A stretch of 64,000 nucleotides of DNA, taken from IMG/VR virus record IMGVR_UViG_3300031088_000796, positions 44-64,043 of that record. One strand, written 5' to 3'. Origin of the DNA: a virus. Shown one piece after another: positions 47,780 through 57,158 of this stretch; within the stretch, counting starts at the first letter, position 1, and the number at the start of each line of letters is the position of its first letter. The notes below the pieces were generated by a model. That model searched no databases and was not told the origin of the DNA. It was given only the letters and a program-made list of their open reading frames with translations. The translations under genes were made by a program, and so were the position numbers.

Positions 47780-49521
47780 ATTACGGTGAGATTCGGTTTG
47801 ACACCCGTAGCTGGCACATCAAGTGCGAGCCGCAGGTACGCTCTCGACTCAAACGAGTGTTCCCGCGAATGTCGCAACGCGCTGCTGACGTGGTGGAGTT
47901 GCTGGCCAGCCCTGAGAATAGCCGTGAGTTGCTGTGGTTTCTCCAGCGCTACCCTATGGAAATTGAACAGGGTTTATCCAAAAGGCTGGAAAGCCTTGCT
48001 TCGCAGCATGTGCAAATGGAAACGAGCCTGGCTGACCTTGTAGCTGGGCGTTTGGAGTTGCCGCCCTTTGAGTTGGCCAAACCGCCGCGTGAGTATCAGC
48101 GTTTTGCAGCGGCCCAGGTAGAAATCCGAGGTGGGTTGTTGCTTGCCGACGACCTGGGACTGGGTAAGACGGTCACTGGTATTTGCCCGATGGCCATCCC
48201 TGCAAATTTGCCCGCAGTGGTGGTTTATCCAGCATCTTTGCCGAATCACTGGCCGGAAAAACTGGCTGAATTTGCACCTCATCTGCGTGTACACCACATC
48301 CGCAAAGGTCAGCCCTATTCGTTGATCAAACAGCCACGGCAACGCGTGGCGGACCTTTGGGACACCCTGCCCGATGTGATCCTTGTGAGTTATCACAAAC
48401 TTCGGGGTTGGGCCGAAACGTTGGCTGAAATTGTTCAGTACACCGTGTTTGAGGAATGCCAGCAGTTGCGCAACTCCGGTAGTGACATCTATCGCGCCTG
48501 TGAGTACTTGGCAGCCCGCTCCAGACTGCGCCAGGGGCTCACCGCTACCCCAATATACAACTACGGGGGCGAGTTCTATCACGTTGTGAACGTGTTGATA
48601 CCAGACGCGCTAGGTAGCTACGACGAGTTCCTGCGTGAGTGGTGCGTTGGCGGGATGGGCGAGAAACCTAAACTCAAGGACGCGGAGCTGTTTGGCAGTT
48701 ACTTGCGTCGTGAGGGGATCATGCTGCGCCGTACACGCAAGGAAGTTGGCCGTGAGCTGCCCGAACTGTCGAAGATCCCCCACGAGATTGAATCCGACTC
48801 CGCAGTGCTGGAGAGTATAACCGGCGATGCGGTGGCGCTGGCCAAGACGATCCTGGCCAGCAACGAGACCTATCGTGGTCAGAAGATGCAGGCGGCAGGG
48901 GAATTGGATGTCCTGGTGCGTCACGCAACGGGCGTTGCAAAGGCTCCCTACGTTGCGGAGTTCGTCAAACTGCTGTTGGAAAGCGGCGAACAAGTACTGC
49001 TCTTTGGTTGGCACCGTGACGTGTACAAGATTTGGGCGGAAAAGCTGTCCGAGTACAACCCATGCCTTTACACGGGCAGTGAGTCACCGACGCAGAAGCA
49101 AGCCGCCAAAGACGCTTTTATTCGGGGAGAAAGTCGCGTGATGCTGATCAGCCTACGCGCTGGTGCGGGTATAGATGGCTTGCAGCACTGTTGCAGCACC
49201 GTTGTGTTTGGCGAGTTGGATTGGTCGCCAGGTGTGCACGAACAGTGCACAGGCCGCGTGCACCGCGATGGCCAACAGGAACCGGTAATGGCGTATTTCC
49301 TGATATCGGACGAAGGCAGTGACCCAATTGTTTCTGACGTGCTGGGTGTGAAGCGTGAACAGATCGAGGGGGTGCGTAACCCGGACGACGATTTGATTCA
49401 GCGACTGGACGTTGGCGGTAACAAGCTGCGTGACCTTGCGCAGAAATTCTTGAAAGACAACAACGCGCTGCCAGACGTGAACGTTCATACACCAATTCGT
49501 CGTGATTTGGAGCCCGTATGA
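47776..49521 (+). CDS. SNF2-family (SF2) helicase
   Basis: LLADDLGLGKT, motif II variant FEECQQ, LTATP, GIDGLQ, QCTGRVHRDGQ. Confidence 0.88.
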   Translation: MNYGEIRFDTRSWHIKCEPQVRSRLKRVFPRMSQRAADVVELLASPENSRELLWFLQRYPMEIEQGLSKRLESLASQHVQMETSLADLVAGRLELPPFELAKPPREYQRFAAAQVEIRGGLLLADDLGLGKTVTGICPMAIPANLPAVVVYPASLPNHWPEKLAEFAPHLRVHHIRKGQPYSLIKQPRQRVADLWDTLPDVILVSYHKLRGWAETLAEIVQYTVFEECQQLRNSGSDIYRACEYLAARSRLRQGLTATPIYNYGGEFYHVVNVLIPDALGSYDEFLREWCVGGMGEKPKLKDAELFGSYLRREGIMLRRTRKEVGRELPELSKIPHEIESDSAVLESITGDAVALAKTILASNETYRGQKMQAAGELDVLVRHATGVAKAPYVAEFVKLLLESGEQVLLFGWHRDVYKIWAEKLSEYNPCLYTGSESPTQKQAAKDAFIRGESRVMLISLRAGAGIDGLQHCCSTVVFGELDWSPGVHEQCTGRVHRDGQQEPVMAYFLISDEGSDPIVSDVLGVKREQIEGVRNPDDDLIQRLDVGGNKLRDLAQKFLKDNNALPDVNVHTPIRRDLEPV

Positions 49522-49919
49522 AGACTTTGAGTATTCGTCAGCCCTGGGCCTGGTTGATTGTGCATGGTGGTAAGGACATCGAAAACCGTTCATGGCACAC
49601 AAAATATCGCGGGCGGTTTCTGGTACATGCCAGTAACGGTATGACCAAACGGGAATATGCGTTCGCCGCTGAGTATGCAAAGCGTTTGGGCGTAATTGTC
49701 CCACCGGCAAATCAGTTGCTGCTCGGTGGAGTGATTGGTTCAGTAGAACTGATCGACTGCCTGGCGGCTCACAAGTCTCAGTGGTACATGCCGGGCAACA
49801 AAGCTTTCGTCTTGCGCGAGCCGCGAGCGCTTCCCTTCCATTCCACCCCTGGCCGTTTGGGGTTCTTTGATGCACCAGACGCTTTTGCTGCCAACTGCAA
49901 GGAATGTGTTTCTCTATGA
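49518..49919 (+). CDS. ASCH-domain protein
   Basis: MKTLSIRQPWAWLIVHGGKDIENRSW...HAS...G.LGFF. Confidence 0.9.
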   Translation: MKTLSIRQPWAWLIVHGGKDIENRSWHTKYRGRFLVHASNGMTKREYAFAAEYAKRLGVIVPPANQLLLGGVIGSVELIDCLAAHKSQWYMPGNKAFVLREPRALPFHSTPGRLGFFDAPDAFAANCKECVSL

Positions 49920-50047
49920 AAACCCCTATTTATTGCCGCACAAGCGGCCTCAAAGCTGATGTATGCACCTGTTACCGCTGCCGTCCAGTTAGTCAGGACA
50001 GCACGCTGATCCTGGTGCGGCGCGAGGTCTCCAAACCAAGCCTGTAG
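49916..50047 (+). CDS. small Cys-rich protein (not in ORF track)
   Basis: MKTPIYCRTSG...CTCYRC, ATGA-coupled, 43 aa. Confidence 0.45.
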   Translation: MKTPIYCRTSGLKADVCTCYRCRPVSQDSTLILVRREVSKPSL

Positions 50048-50155
50048 GGATTTAAAAGTTTTAAAGGGATTTAATACTAAGATTTAGCGGATGTTGATAA
50101 ACCCTTTGAGCCCTTCTACTACGTGCGTTTGAGCCTGTGTACAACCCTGTGGGCG

Positions 50156-50370
50156 GGTGGGTAATTTACTGAAAAGGGTGGGTAAATTACTGATTCTGGT
50201 GGGTGTAATACGGCTATCGGTGGGTAAATTACGTTTTTGCCTGTTGCTGGTGGGTAAATTACGGGATTAAGGGCTTATGCCTGTGCGTAGGTGTCTAAAT
50301 TACGACATTAAGGTCAGTAATTACGGGCCTTTGATCGAAACGATGCAGGCGATTCCGTAATTTACCCACC
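50156..50370. repeat. Iteron array of the second replicon
   Basis: GGTGGGTAAATTAC-type 14-mers at 50156, 50177, 50198, 50219 (21-bp period) and 50249; inverted copy at 50357; AT-rich tract at about 50050-50100. Confidence 0.85.
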
Positions 50371-50475
50371 AGCCGAAATGACCGCACAACCACCGCACAG
50401 TATCTCGTTCCGGCCAAAGACCTTATCATCACGCGATTATTTGATCACCAGCGTGACGATACGGATCGCTTCACT

Positions 50476-51561
50476 TTGACAGGATTCACCATGACATCTG
50501 ACAAGCCCCCTGCGAAAAGCCCAAACAAGCATGAACAGAGGATTGCGCAGATTAAGTCAAAGGCACCGCAGGGTGATTTGTTGCCACCGGAGGAAACAAC
50601 GTCCAGTGTCGAGCCTGTCGCAGACGTTAAAGCCAAGCCCCCTGCCGCGAAGGCAAGCCGCCGTAAACAGGCGGTAGGTACCACCCAGGGAGACTTTTTC
50701 ACGCCTGTGCTTTACGACGTTGGCGCTCGGGACAGTCGGGGCGTGATGGATGTCGCGGTATTCCGACTGTCGAAGAAGAATAAACGAGCCAACTCAGTTA
50801 TCCGGTATGACCTTCCTGATGGCCATGTCGAGGTGTCGTCTGGTCCCTACGGCATGGCGTCAGTTTGGGACTATGACATTGTGCTCATGGCGGTCTCTCA
50901 TCTCACCGAGGCAATGAACCGGTACCGGGATGGCAAGGGTGACAAGCCTTCGCAGTACTTTCGACCTCATATCGGTGACGTCCTGAAATTTTGTCGCAAG
51001 GACAATGGGGGCAATCAGAAAGACGCAGTGGTGGGCGCGCTTCAGCGGCTTAGCACCACCTTTGTAGGTATCGAGCGAACCAACATGTTGCGCAACAAGC
51101 TGATGACCGTCACCGAGGGCGAGAACCTGATTGGTCCGTTCAGGGCGATCAGCAACGCTAAAGACAAAGTTGAATATATCGAAATAAAAATTGCTGACTG
51201 GATGTATCAGGAGATCACCCAGGGCACGAAGCCGGATGTACTGACGGTCCACCCTGACTACTTCTTGCGGGAGTCGGGTATAAGTCGCTTCATCTACCGG
51301 TTGGCGCGCAAGGCTGCTGGCAAGGACACCGCCGCGTGGGGGTTCAGGACTATCTACGAGCGTAGCGGCAGTGAAGGTAGCCTTAAGGAGTTCACTCGAT
51401 CGTTACGAGAGATCATTGCGGCTGATGACCTGCCCGAATACTCACTGGCGGAAGAGGACGGCCAGGTTGGGCCTGTGTTGCGGATGGTCCACCGCTCTCA
51501 AATCAACAATTGGAAGGAAACCCCACCTGTCGATGCCCCGCCAGCGCCTGAGCAGGATTAG
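50476..51561 (+). CDS. repA: Plasmid replication initiator (RepA/RPA type)
   Basis: VFRLSK...YGMASVWDYDIVL...AL.RL..T...LTVHPDYF...RFIYRLARKAAG; follows the iterons. Confidence 0.85.
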   Translation: MTGFTMTSDKPPAKSPNKHEQRIAQIKSKAPQGDLLPPEETTSSVEPVADVKAKPPAAKASRRKQAVGTTQGDFFTPVLYDVGARDSRGVMDVAVFRLSKKNKRANSVIRYDLPDGHVEVSSGPYGMASVWDYDIVLMAVSHLTEAMNRYRDGKGDKPSQYFRPHIGDVLKFCRKDNGGNQKDAVVGALQRLSTTFVGIERTNMLRNKLMTVTEGENLIGPFRAISNAKDKVEYIEIKIADWMYQEITQGTKPDVLTVHPDYFLRESGISRFIYRLARKAAGKDTAAWGFRTIYERSGSEGSLKEFTRSLREIIAADDLPEYSLAEEDGQVGPVLRMVHRSQINNWKETPPVDAPPAPEQD

Positions 51562-52001
51562 ATCCTCAGTAAATCAAACCATTCGTCGCAGGCGTCGTCT
51601 GCGACATTGATTGCCAGCTGGCGCTGCTGAAAATGCACAAGCGCCAGGACCGCTACCTCCCCGTTGGTAAGGTCAGACGGCAGCCGGTACTTCTGCCCCT
51701 TGTCGTCCACGCCATCTGTTTCAACCCTCGGCGTGAACCTGGACGATTCATCAGAAAAAATTAAGGTCTCGTTGCCCTCCCCGATTCGAAAGTCGCGAAC
51801 GGCTTGTTCCCAGTGGTCCTCTGTGAACAGGCTGTCGTAGGCGTCTGACCGCGTGTTGGTGACAAAAGCGTATCCCTCGTCGGCAATCTCCCTGAAAACA
51901 ACATGTTTCACTACCGCCAGTACCCCCGTAGCCGGGTCCAGGAAGGCAATGAGTGTCGTCCTTTCGCCGCTGTATCCGCTGATGGAAGCCATAATATCCA
52001 T
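51558..52001 (-). CDS. hypothetical protein
   Basis: 147-aa ORF convergent with rep, GAGG RBS on the minus strand. Confidence 0.6.
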   Translation of the reverse strand: MDIMASISGYSGERTTLIAFLDPATGVLAVVKHVVFREIADEGYAFVTNTRSDAYDSLFTEDHWEQAVRDFRIGEGNETLIFSDESSRFTPRVETDGVDDKGQKYRLPSDLTNGEVAVLALVHFQQRQLAINVADDACDEWFDLLRI

Positions 52002-52011
52002 TGCAAATCCT

Positions 52012-52036
52012 CATAAAATACATAAAACGCTATTTT
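52012..52036 (+). promoter_or_regulatory. Diverged copy C of the repeated promoter/operator
   Basis: CATAAAATACATAAAACGCTATTTT in an AT-rich divergent intergenic region. Confidence 0.45.
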
Positions 52037-52114
52037 TAAGTGTTGCCAAATAAACAATAAAACTATAACTTTATTTTCGTCGAAGGTTACGACTGAAACG
52101 AAAAGGAAAAAGTT

Positions 52115-52339
52115 ATGCGCAAGCTTTTTGAGCGGCTACCGCGACCGTTTTATATGGGTGTCTTGATTGGGGGGTTGGTCACCGGCTATGGCTGGGTAGG
52201 CGACTCAGACTACCAGGAAGCGCTGGCCGGTGCGGCGTTCTATTGCCAAATGGCAGGCAACGGCGATTGGCCACCGCGCCCTGAATTGAATTGCCCGGCA
52301 CCAAAAGTTGAGCCGATTGAGCGACTTGTTGGCCTGTGA
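52115..52339 (+). CDS. small membrane/exported phage protein
   Basis: Hydrophobic helix then FYCQM...WP.....C. Confidence 0.6.
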   Translation: MRKLFERLPRPFYMGVLIGGLVTGYGWVGDSDYQEALAGAAFYCQMAGNGDWPPRPELNCPAPKVEPIERLVGL

Positions 52340-52489
52340 TCGTATGGTAATCGTAAGCCAGAAATATGCCATATCATCCCCGTACCATGCTGATATGCGC
52401 TGAATACATGCTGGAAGCCCGAACCTTGGCGCTTACGCTCACTGTGATTTATCATAACGACACCAAGTCCACATATCACAGGAGCTACC

Positions 52490-52669
52490 ATGGCGGCGAA
52501 AGGCAAAGAGTCATCGACGGATGCGGGGAAAGTGCGCATTGCTTTCTGGATGGACGAAGCCCTGGCTGAAAAGGTGCGTGCTCTGGCGTTTGAGGACAAT
52601 GTGTCGAATTCCAAAATCGTGAGCGACCTGGTGCAGGCTGCGCGCGAGCCCAAGGTAAAGCGCGGCTGA
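52490..52669 (+). CDS. Ribbon-helix-helix protein (not in ORF track)
   Basis: AGGAG RBS; KVRIAFWMDEALAEKVRALAFEDNVSNSKIVSDLV; followed by hairpin AAGGCGCC-GGCGCCTT. Confidence 0.7.
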   Translation: MAAKGKESSTDAGKVRIAFWMDEALAEKVRALAFEDNVSNSKIVSDLVQAAREPKVKRG

Positions 52670-52796
52670 TTGCGATCGCTTTATCCTCAAAGGCGCCGAT
52701 GTGGCGCCTTTTTTACGTCTGTGGGGTATGAAAACCACCATCAGCCCCCCGCTGATCACCGGGGTATCGTGAGGCTTTCCAGCGGAGCCCCGTGAA

Positions 52797-55700
52797 ATGA
52801 CTGATCCCTATGCAAAGTTGACCGCTGCCGCGCATAGCGGTGCGTTCGGCCTTGGGTCCAAACGCCTGCCAACTGCCGAGCAGATACGTGCGGGCAACTA
52901 TTCGAAAGGCAGTATGCGTCTGCATGGGCTCACCTTCACCATCGAAACCCCGATGTTTACGCCACGCTCCGGCAAGGAAGATGGAAAGCCGTGGGCGATC
53001 GTATGCATGGCGAACTACGGCTACCTCAATGGTTACCAGGGCGCCGATGGTGATGCCTTCGACGTGTACGTGGGGCCAGCTCCTGAAAGTCAGCTAGTGG
53101 TGGTAGTCAACCAGGTCAAGAAAGACCGCAGCTTTGATGAGCACAAGGCGGTGTTGGGCTTCATGGATGTAGAGAGTGCCCTTGCGGGCTATCGCAATAG
53201 CTATGAACGCGGATGGCAGGGCCTGGGCAGTTACGTGGTCTGCACCATCAAACAGTTCAAGGCCTGGCTCAAGTCAGGCGATCTAACCCGGCCCCTTGCG
53301 GCTGCCGATTTGATTCAGGATGAGGTGAAACCTATGACCGGTACTGTGGTTACCTGGGGCAGCGACAGCCTGCCCGTGGGCCAGTCGTTGGGCGCTGTCA
53401 TGTACGGCCTGCGCTGCGATGATGCTGACAATCTGCTGCTGGACAGCGTGTTGATGTCCGACATCACCGAATATCTCGGCGATGGTGTGATGCTGGATGC
53501 GATGGTGATTCCGTATGCCCAGTTTGAGCGCAAGGGCAAACAGCTGTTACGCGTGATGCAGGCCGCATCCGGTACCGTCAAAGCCGAAACAGTAGAAATC
53601 AGCCCGCCATTCAAGAACCGAGGCACCACGCAGGTGGCCATGCTGTTCACCATGAGCGATGGCCAGACCGTTTCGGTGTTCTTTCATAACCCGGATAGCA
53701 CGCCCAACCGCCTGACCCCGACTGATGAAATGATCAGCTGGAAGTGGGTGCAGAACAAAAAGGACATCACCGTGGTGGTGGCGCCAGAGCGTGGCCAGGA
53801 CATCAACCCGCGCCAGGTTGCCCGCCGCATCATGATGCTGATCGAGAAAAACAGCGCGAAGTTTGTTAAGGCCGCTGGTACCAGTGCTGACAAGGCCGCG
53901 CAGGTCGAAGAGCTTAAAGGCCAGGTTCAGAGCAGGCTCACTGAGCTGAATGTTCTGGACGAGCAGATTACGGAGCTACAGGCCAAGGTTGATCAGCTAC
54001 CGGCGCCGAACGAAGATTCACCAGGTGGCGCTGCTGCCGAGCCTGAAGTTGCAACGATTCAACAAGAGGCAGTCAGTGAGCCGCAACAGGACATGCTTGG
54101 TGATGACCCATCCCTACGTGACAACCGTTCTGACCTGGTAAAGCTGACCGAGGCTTTGAAGGCAGGTAACGTGATGGGCGCACTTGGCGTGCTGGACGCG
54201 ATTGTGGGCGTAGACGACCTTCGCGAAGTGGTGTTGAACGCTGGGTTCAGCCTGGGCGCCAGTGGCACCAAGGATGAGATCCTGGCTAGCGTTGGGCGTG
54301 ACCTCGTGCAGGCCGCCAAGGCCAAAGTAGATGGCTTTGGTTTGCGCGCACTCAAGAACCCTGTGGCGCCTGATGAGTTCAACGAGGCATACCCAGCATG
54401 GGAAACAGCCATGGTCGAAGCCCTGGCTCAACTGCTCGGAGTTGATTACGGTGATGCAAGCGGCGTGGCATTGGCCCAGGACAACCTGGTGAGCCATCTG
54501 TACGTGGACAAGAAGAGCCCGCAGGACGCTGCCCAAGCCGTTCTAAAGGCATCCCAGGTCGCCGCTAGCACGCAGGAAGAGTCTGAGCCGACTGGTGATT
54601 ATGAGACAGGCCAGACAGGCGATGCGCGTATTGAAGTAGCGGATACCAGTTTCTTACATCAGGGCACGTTGGTACGCACTACAAACGGTACAGAGTATTC
54701 AGTTTGGAATGCCCGTGGTCCCTTGGTCGAAGTAGTACCAATCGTCAATGGTACTGCTGTGGTCGACGCTGATTCTAGGGTCCGGTTTCATGTCGACCCT
54801 GCGAGTGCGAGTCAATATCCAGAACGTCGCTCTGATCCGCTTTATGAAGTGGGGGCAGTTTTGCCAGGAAGTGCTGCCGAGCGCATTCAACAGGCGACAA
54901 AAGAGGCGGTTGCGGCTGCCTCCGAACCCAGCAGTGATGAGGCGGGGGGAGAGGAAGATACGGGTGAAATCACACCTGAAGGCCGCGAGAACACTGTAAA
55001 GACTGCCAAGGGCACAAAGGTTGTCACAGGCTTCAAGGTCATTGAGGCGAAGAACCTAATCATCAGCCACGAAGCCGACGGTACCCCTAACCCGGACTAC
55101 CCAAGTGAGCTTCAGCCGCGTGACCGCGCGCGCGCGACGTCGCAGGCTTGGGTACAAAAAACCGCTCGTGACCTCGATCCTGATAGCCTGGGCCGCACCA
55201 CGCGAGCTGACAGTGGCGCCCCGATCGTTGGTCCCGATCGCGTTGTGGAGTCTGGAAACGGTCGAACTATGGCTATCCGTGAGGCATACCGCATTGGTAA
55301 GGCCGATGAGTATCGGGAATGGCTGTTGGAAAACGCCGACTATTTCAAGGTTAGCGCCGCGAAGATCCAGAGCATGAAGGCGCCCGTGCTGGTGCGGGTG
55401 CGTATCAGTAACGTGGACCGGGCCGTGTTCGCGGTAGAGGCCAACCAGGACGACAAGCTGGCGATGACCGCGACTGAGAAGGCCCGCAGCGATGCAAAGC
55501 GCCTTGACGCAGCCATGATGGCCAAGTTAGCGGATGGTGACCTTACCACCGCGTCAAACCGAGACTTTATCAGCGCATTTCTGCAAAGCCTGGGTGATAC
55601 CGAGGCGGCGCAGTACATGACCACCGACGGGCGCCCTACCGCCAGTTTGATCAGTCGCGTTCAGGCGGCGCTATTTGCTGGCGCGTATTCTGACGATCGC

Positions 55701-56465
55701 CTGCTGGAGCTGACTGCTGACTCCAGCAAGCCCGAGATCGCCAACATCGTCAGTGCTTTGAACATGGCGGCGCCGGACTTCATGCGGGCTAAGGAGCTGG
55801 ACGTAACTGGTACCGAGGCCGCTGGTGAGAAGGTAGCTGACTCCCTGGAGCTGTCGCTTGACCAGGAGGCGGTCAATGCGATCATTAACGCTACGAATAT
55901 GCTGCGCCAGGCAAAGGAGAGCGGCCTGAGCATTGATGAGTTCTTGCGCCAGGGCGATATGTTTGGTGATGTGGAACCGTCTGTGGCGGCCATGGCCATG
56001 TTCATCAGCAAGAACAACCGCAGCGCCAAGCGACTAGGAACCGCCTTCAAGGCCATGGCCCAGTTCGTAGAGTCGGAAGCCAGGCGCAAGCAGACAGCGG
56101 GTCTTTTTGGTGACCAACCGGCGAGCTTTGCCGATATCGTCAGCGCGGCCAACGCCCAACTGGAGAAGGAATTCGGTGAAGGTGTGTTTGCGATCGAGCA
56201 GTCAGACTTATTCAGTCCTCAGTCTCCGGCGCAGGTTGAGCCCCCTCCCCTCGACAACGACAAGGACGACGCCTTAAACAAAGCCAAAGCCTACCTGGAC
56301 AGCGTGATTGAAGGGGCCGCCGACCTGAGTGACCCGGAAAGCGTCATGAAAGAACTGGAGCGGATCTATACCGCGTTTGGTGAGGGGGAGTTAAGCGGAC
56401 TCTTTGCAGATGCCGCCGAGGCCTTCAGTCAGCACGCGCTCAAAGCCACAGCCGAGGTGTTTTGA
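52797..56465 (+). CDS. darA: DarA-type antirestriction protein fused to inorganic-pyrophosphatase-like and DdrB-like ParB domains
   Basis: N-terminal GNY.KG...YGYL.G..GADGD..DV...FDEHK..LGF; SDGQTVSVFFHNPD...ISWKW..NKKDIT..VAPE.G; LQPRDR...GAPIV...VESGNGRT; C-terminal A.AYL..VI.G..DL. Confidence 0.8.
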   Translation: MTDPYAKLTAAAHSGAFGLGSKRLPTAEQIRAGNYSKGSMRLHGLTFTIETPMFTPRSGKEDGKPWAIVCMANYGYLNGYQGADGDAFDVYVGPAPESQLVVVVNQVKKDRSFDEHKAVLGFMDVESALAGYRNSYERGWQGLGSYVVCTIKQFKAWLKSGDLTRPLAAADLIQDEVKPMTGTVVTWGSDSLPVGQSLGAVMYGLRCDDADNLLLDSVLMSDITEYLGDGVMLDAMVIPYAQFERKGKQLLRVMQAASGTVKAETVEISPPFKNRGTTQVAMLFTMSDGQTVSVFFHNPDSTPNRLTPTDEMISWKWVQNKKDITVVVAPERGQDINPRQVARRIMMLIEKNSAKFVKAAGTSADKAAQVEELKGQVQSRLTELNVLDEQITELQAKVDQLPAPNEDSPGGAAAEPEVATIQQEAVSEPQQDMLGDDPSLRDNRSDLVKLTEALKAGNVMGALGVLDAIVGVDDLREVVLNAGFSLGASGTKDEILASVGRDLVQAAKAKVDGFGLRALKNPVAPDEFNEAYPAWETAMVEALAQLLGVDYGDASGVALAQDNLVSHLYVDKKSPQDAAQAVLKASQVAASTQEESEPTGDYETGQTGDARIEVADTSFLHQGTLVRTTNGTEYSVWNARGPLVEVVPIVNGTAVVDADSRVRFHVDPASASQYPERRSDPLYEVGAVLPGSAAERIQQATKEAVAAASEPSSDEAGGEEDTGEITPEGRENTVKTAKGTKVVTGFKVIEAKNLIISHEADGTPNPDYPSELQPRDRARATSQAWVQKTARDLDPDSLGRTTRADSGAPIVGPDRVVESGNGRTMAIREAYRIGKADEYREWLLENADYFKVSAAKIQSMKAPVLVRVRISNVDRAVFAVEANQDDKLAMTATEKARSDAKRLDAAMMAKLADGDLTTASNRDFISAFLQSLGDTEAAQYMTTDGRPTASLISRVQAALFAGAYSDDRLLELTADSSKPEIANIVSALNMAAPDFMRAKELDVTGTEAAGEKVADSLELSLDQEAVNAIINATNMLRQAKESGLSIDEFLRQGDMFGDVEPSVAAMAMFISKNNRSAKRLGTAFKAMAQFVESEARRKQTAGLFGDQPASFADIVSAANAQLEKEFGEGVFAIEQSDLFSPQSPAQVEPPPLDNDKDDALNKAKAYLDSVIEGAADLSDPESVMKELERIYTAFGEGELSGLFADAAEAFSQHALKATAEVF

Positions 56466-56467
56466 CC

Positions 56468-56608
56468 ATGAATCAAACGATTATGAAGCGGATGATGCTC
56501 GGGGCGCTGTTGGCGTTGGCGCTGCAATGTCAACTGGCGATGGCGAAAGTTTGTGACACGGGCCGTTACCAGGAAGAGCGAATAGCCACGCGGTGTTTAC
56601 CGGCCTGA
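56468..56608 (+). CDS. small exported peptide
   Basis: MKRMMLGALLALALQCQLAMA signal-like segment, 46 aa. Confidence 0.4.
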   Translation: MNQTIMKRMMLGALLALALQCQLAMAKVCDTGRYQEERIATRCLPA

Positions 56609-56665
56609 TAAGAATATAAAGCGGCCTACCCTACCCGGATGTGCCCGCTACTTGCGGGCTTTTCT

Positions 56666-56707
56666 CTGAGCATAGAAAAAGCCGCTAGGCCTTAGCCTGC
56701 GGCTTTT
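56666..56707. terminator. Bidirectional terminator between convergent operons
   Basis: AAAAAGCCGC-TAGGC-CTTA-GCCT-GCGGCTTTT. Confidence 0.65.
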
Positions 56708-56755
56708 ACGCACTTTACGCACTTTACGCACTTTACGCACTTTACGCACTTTACG
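56703..56755. repeat. 9-bp tandem repeat (CACTTTACG x5 plus a partial copy), candidate centromere
   Basis: Exact copies span 56711-56755; degenerate ACG/GCAC units continue to about 56800. Confidence 0.85.
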
Positions 56756-56795
56756 TCACGTATGCACGTTGTGGACGTTGCGCAACGTGCGCACG

Positions 56796-57158
56796 CTACT
56801 GATCGTGTTCTTCTTGTGTATCGTCTTCAGCACCAACCACCTCGCGGAGCTTAGCAATCACGTCGGCCCTGGGCATCGAAAGGAGCAGCAGAACGCCTGC
56901 GCGCACTACATCGCTGCGCGTAGCCCGGAAGTTGCGAGGCATTATAGAGAGCTTGTCGATTTGCTTGTCTAAGGTCTCGTCCAGCGAGAAATTTACTCGT
57001 TTGGCCTTTGCCGCAGGCTTCTTTTTTTTCTCCGGCGCAGGGTCCGCGGCCTTTTGAGAAACCAGCGAGGCTGAACCGATGAACTCCAGTGCAGCGTTCT
57101 CGGTCGATTTTAAACGCGCTTCTGCATCTACCTTGCCAAGCCCCTTTAAGCCTGCCAT
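56796..57158 (-). CDS. Type Ib partition adaptor (RHH, ParG-like)
   Basis: KRVNFSLDETLDKQIDKL...RSDVVRAGV; overlaps the parA stop. Confidence 0.75.
   Translation of the reverse strand: MAGLKGLGKVDAEARLKSTENAALEFIGSASLVSQKAADPAPEKKKKPAAKAKRVNFSLDETLDKQIDKLSIMPRNFRATRSDVVRAGVLLLLSMPRADVIAKLREVVGAEDDTQEEHDQ

Noticed and set aside
54600-54880. Slightly lower-GC segment inside darA as a recent domain insertion
   Set aside because: The shift is modest by eye and could not be quantified; no flanking repeats seen.
52115-56608. Small membrane/exported ORFs (52115, 56468) as holin or spanin
   Set aside because: No adjacent endolysin, no lipobox-bearing nested ORF, and the topology is not holin-like.
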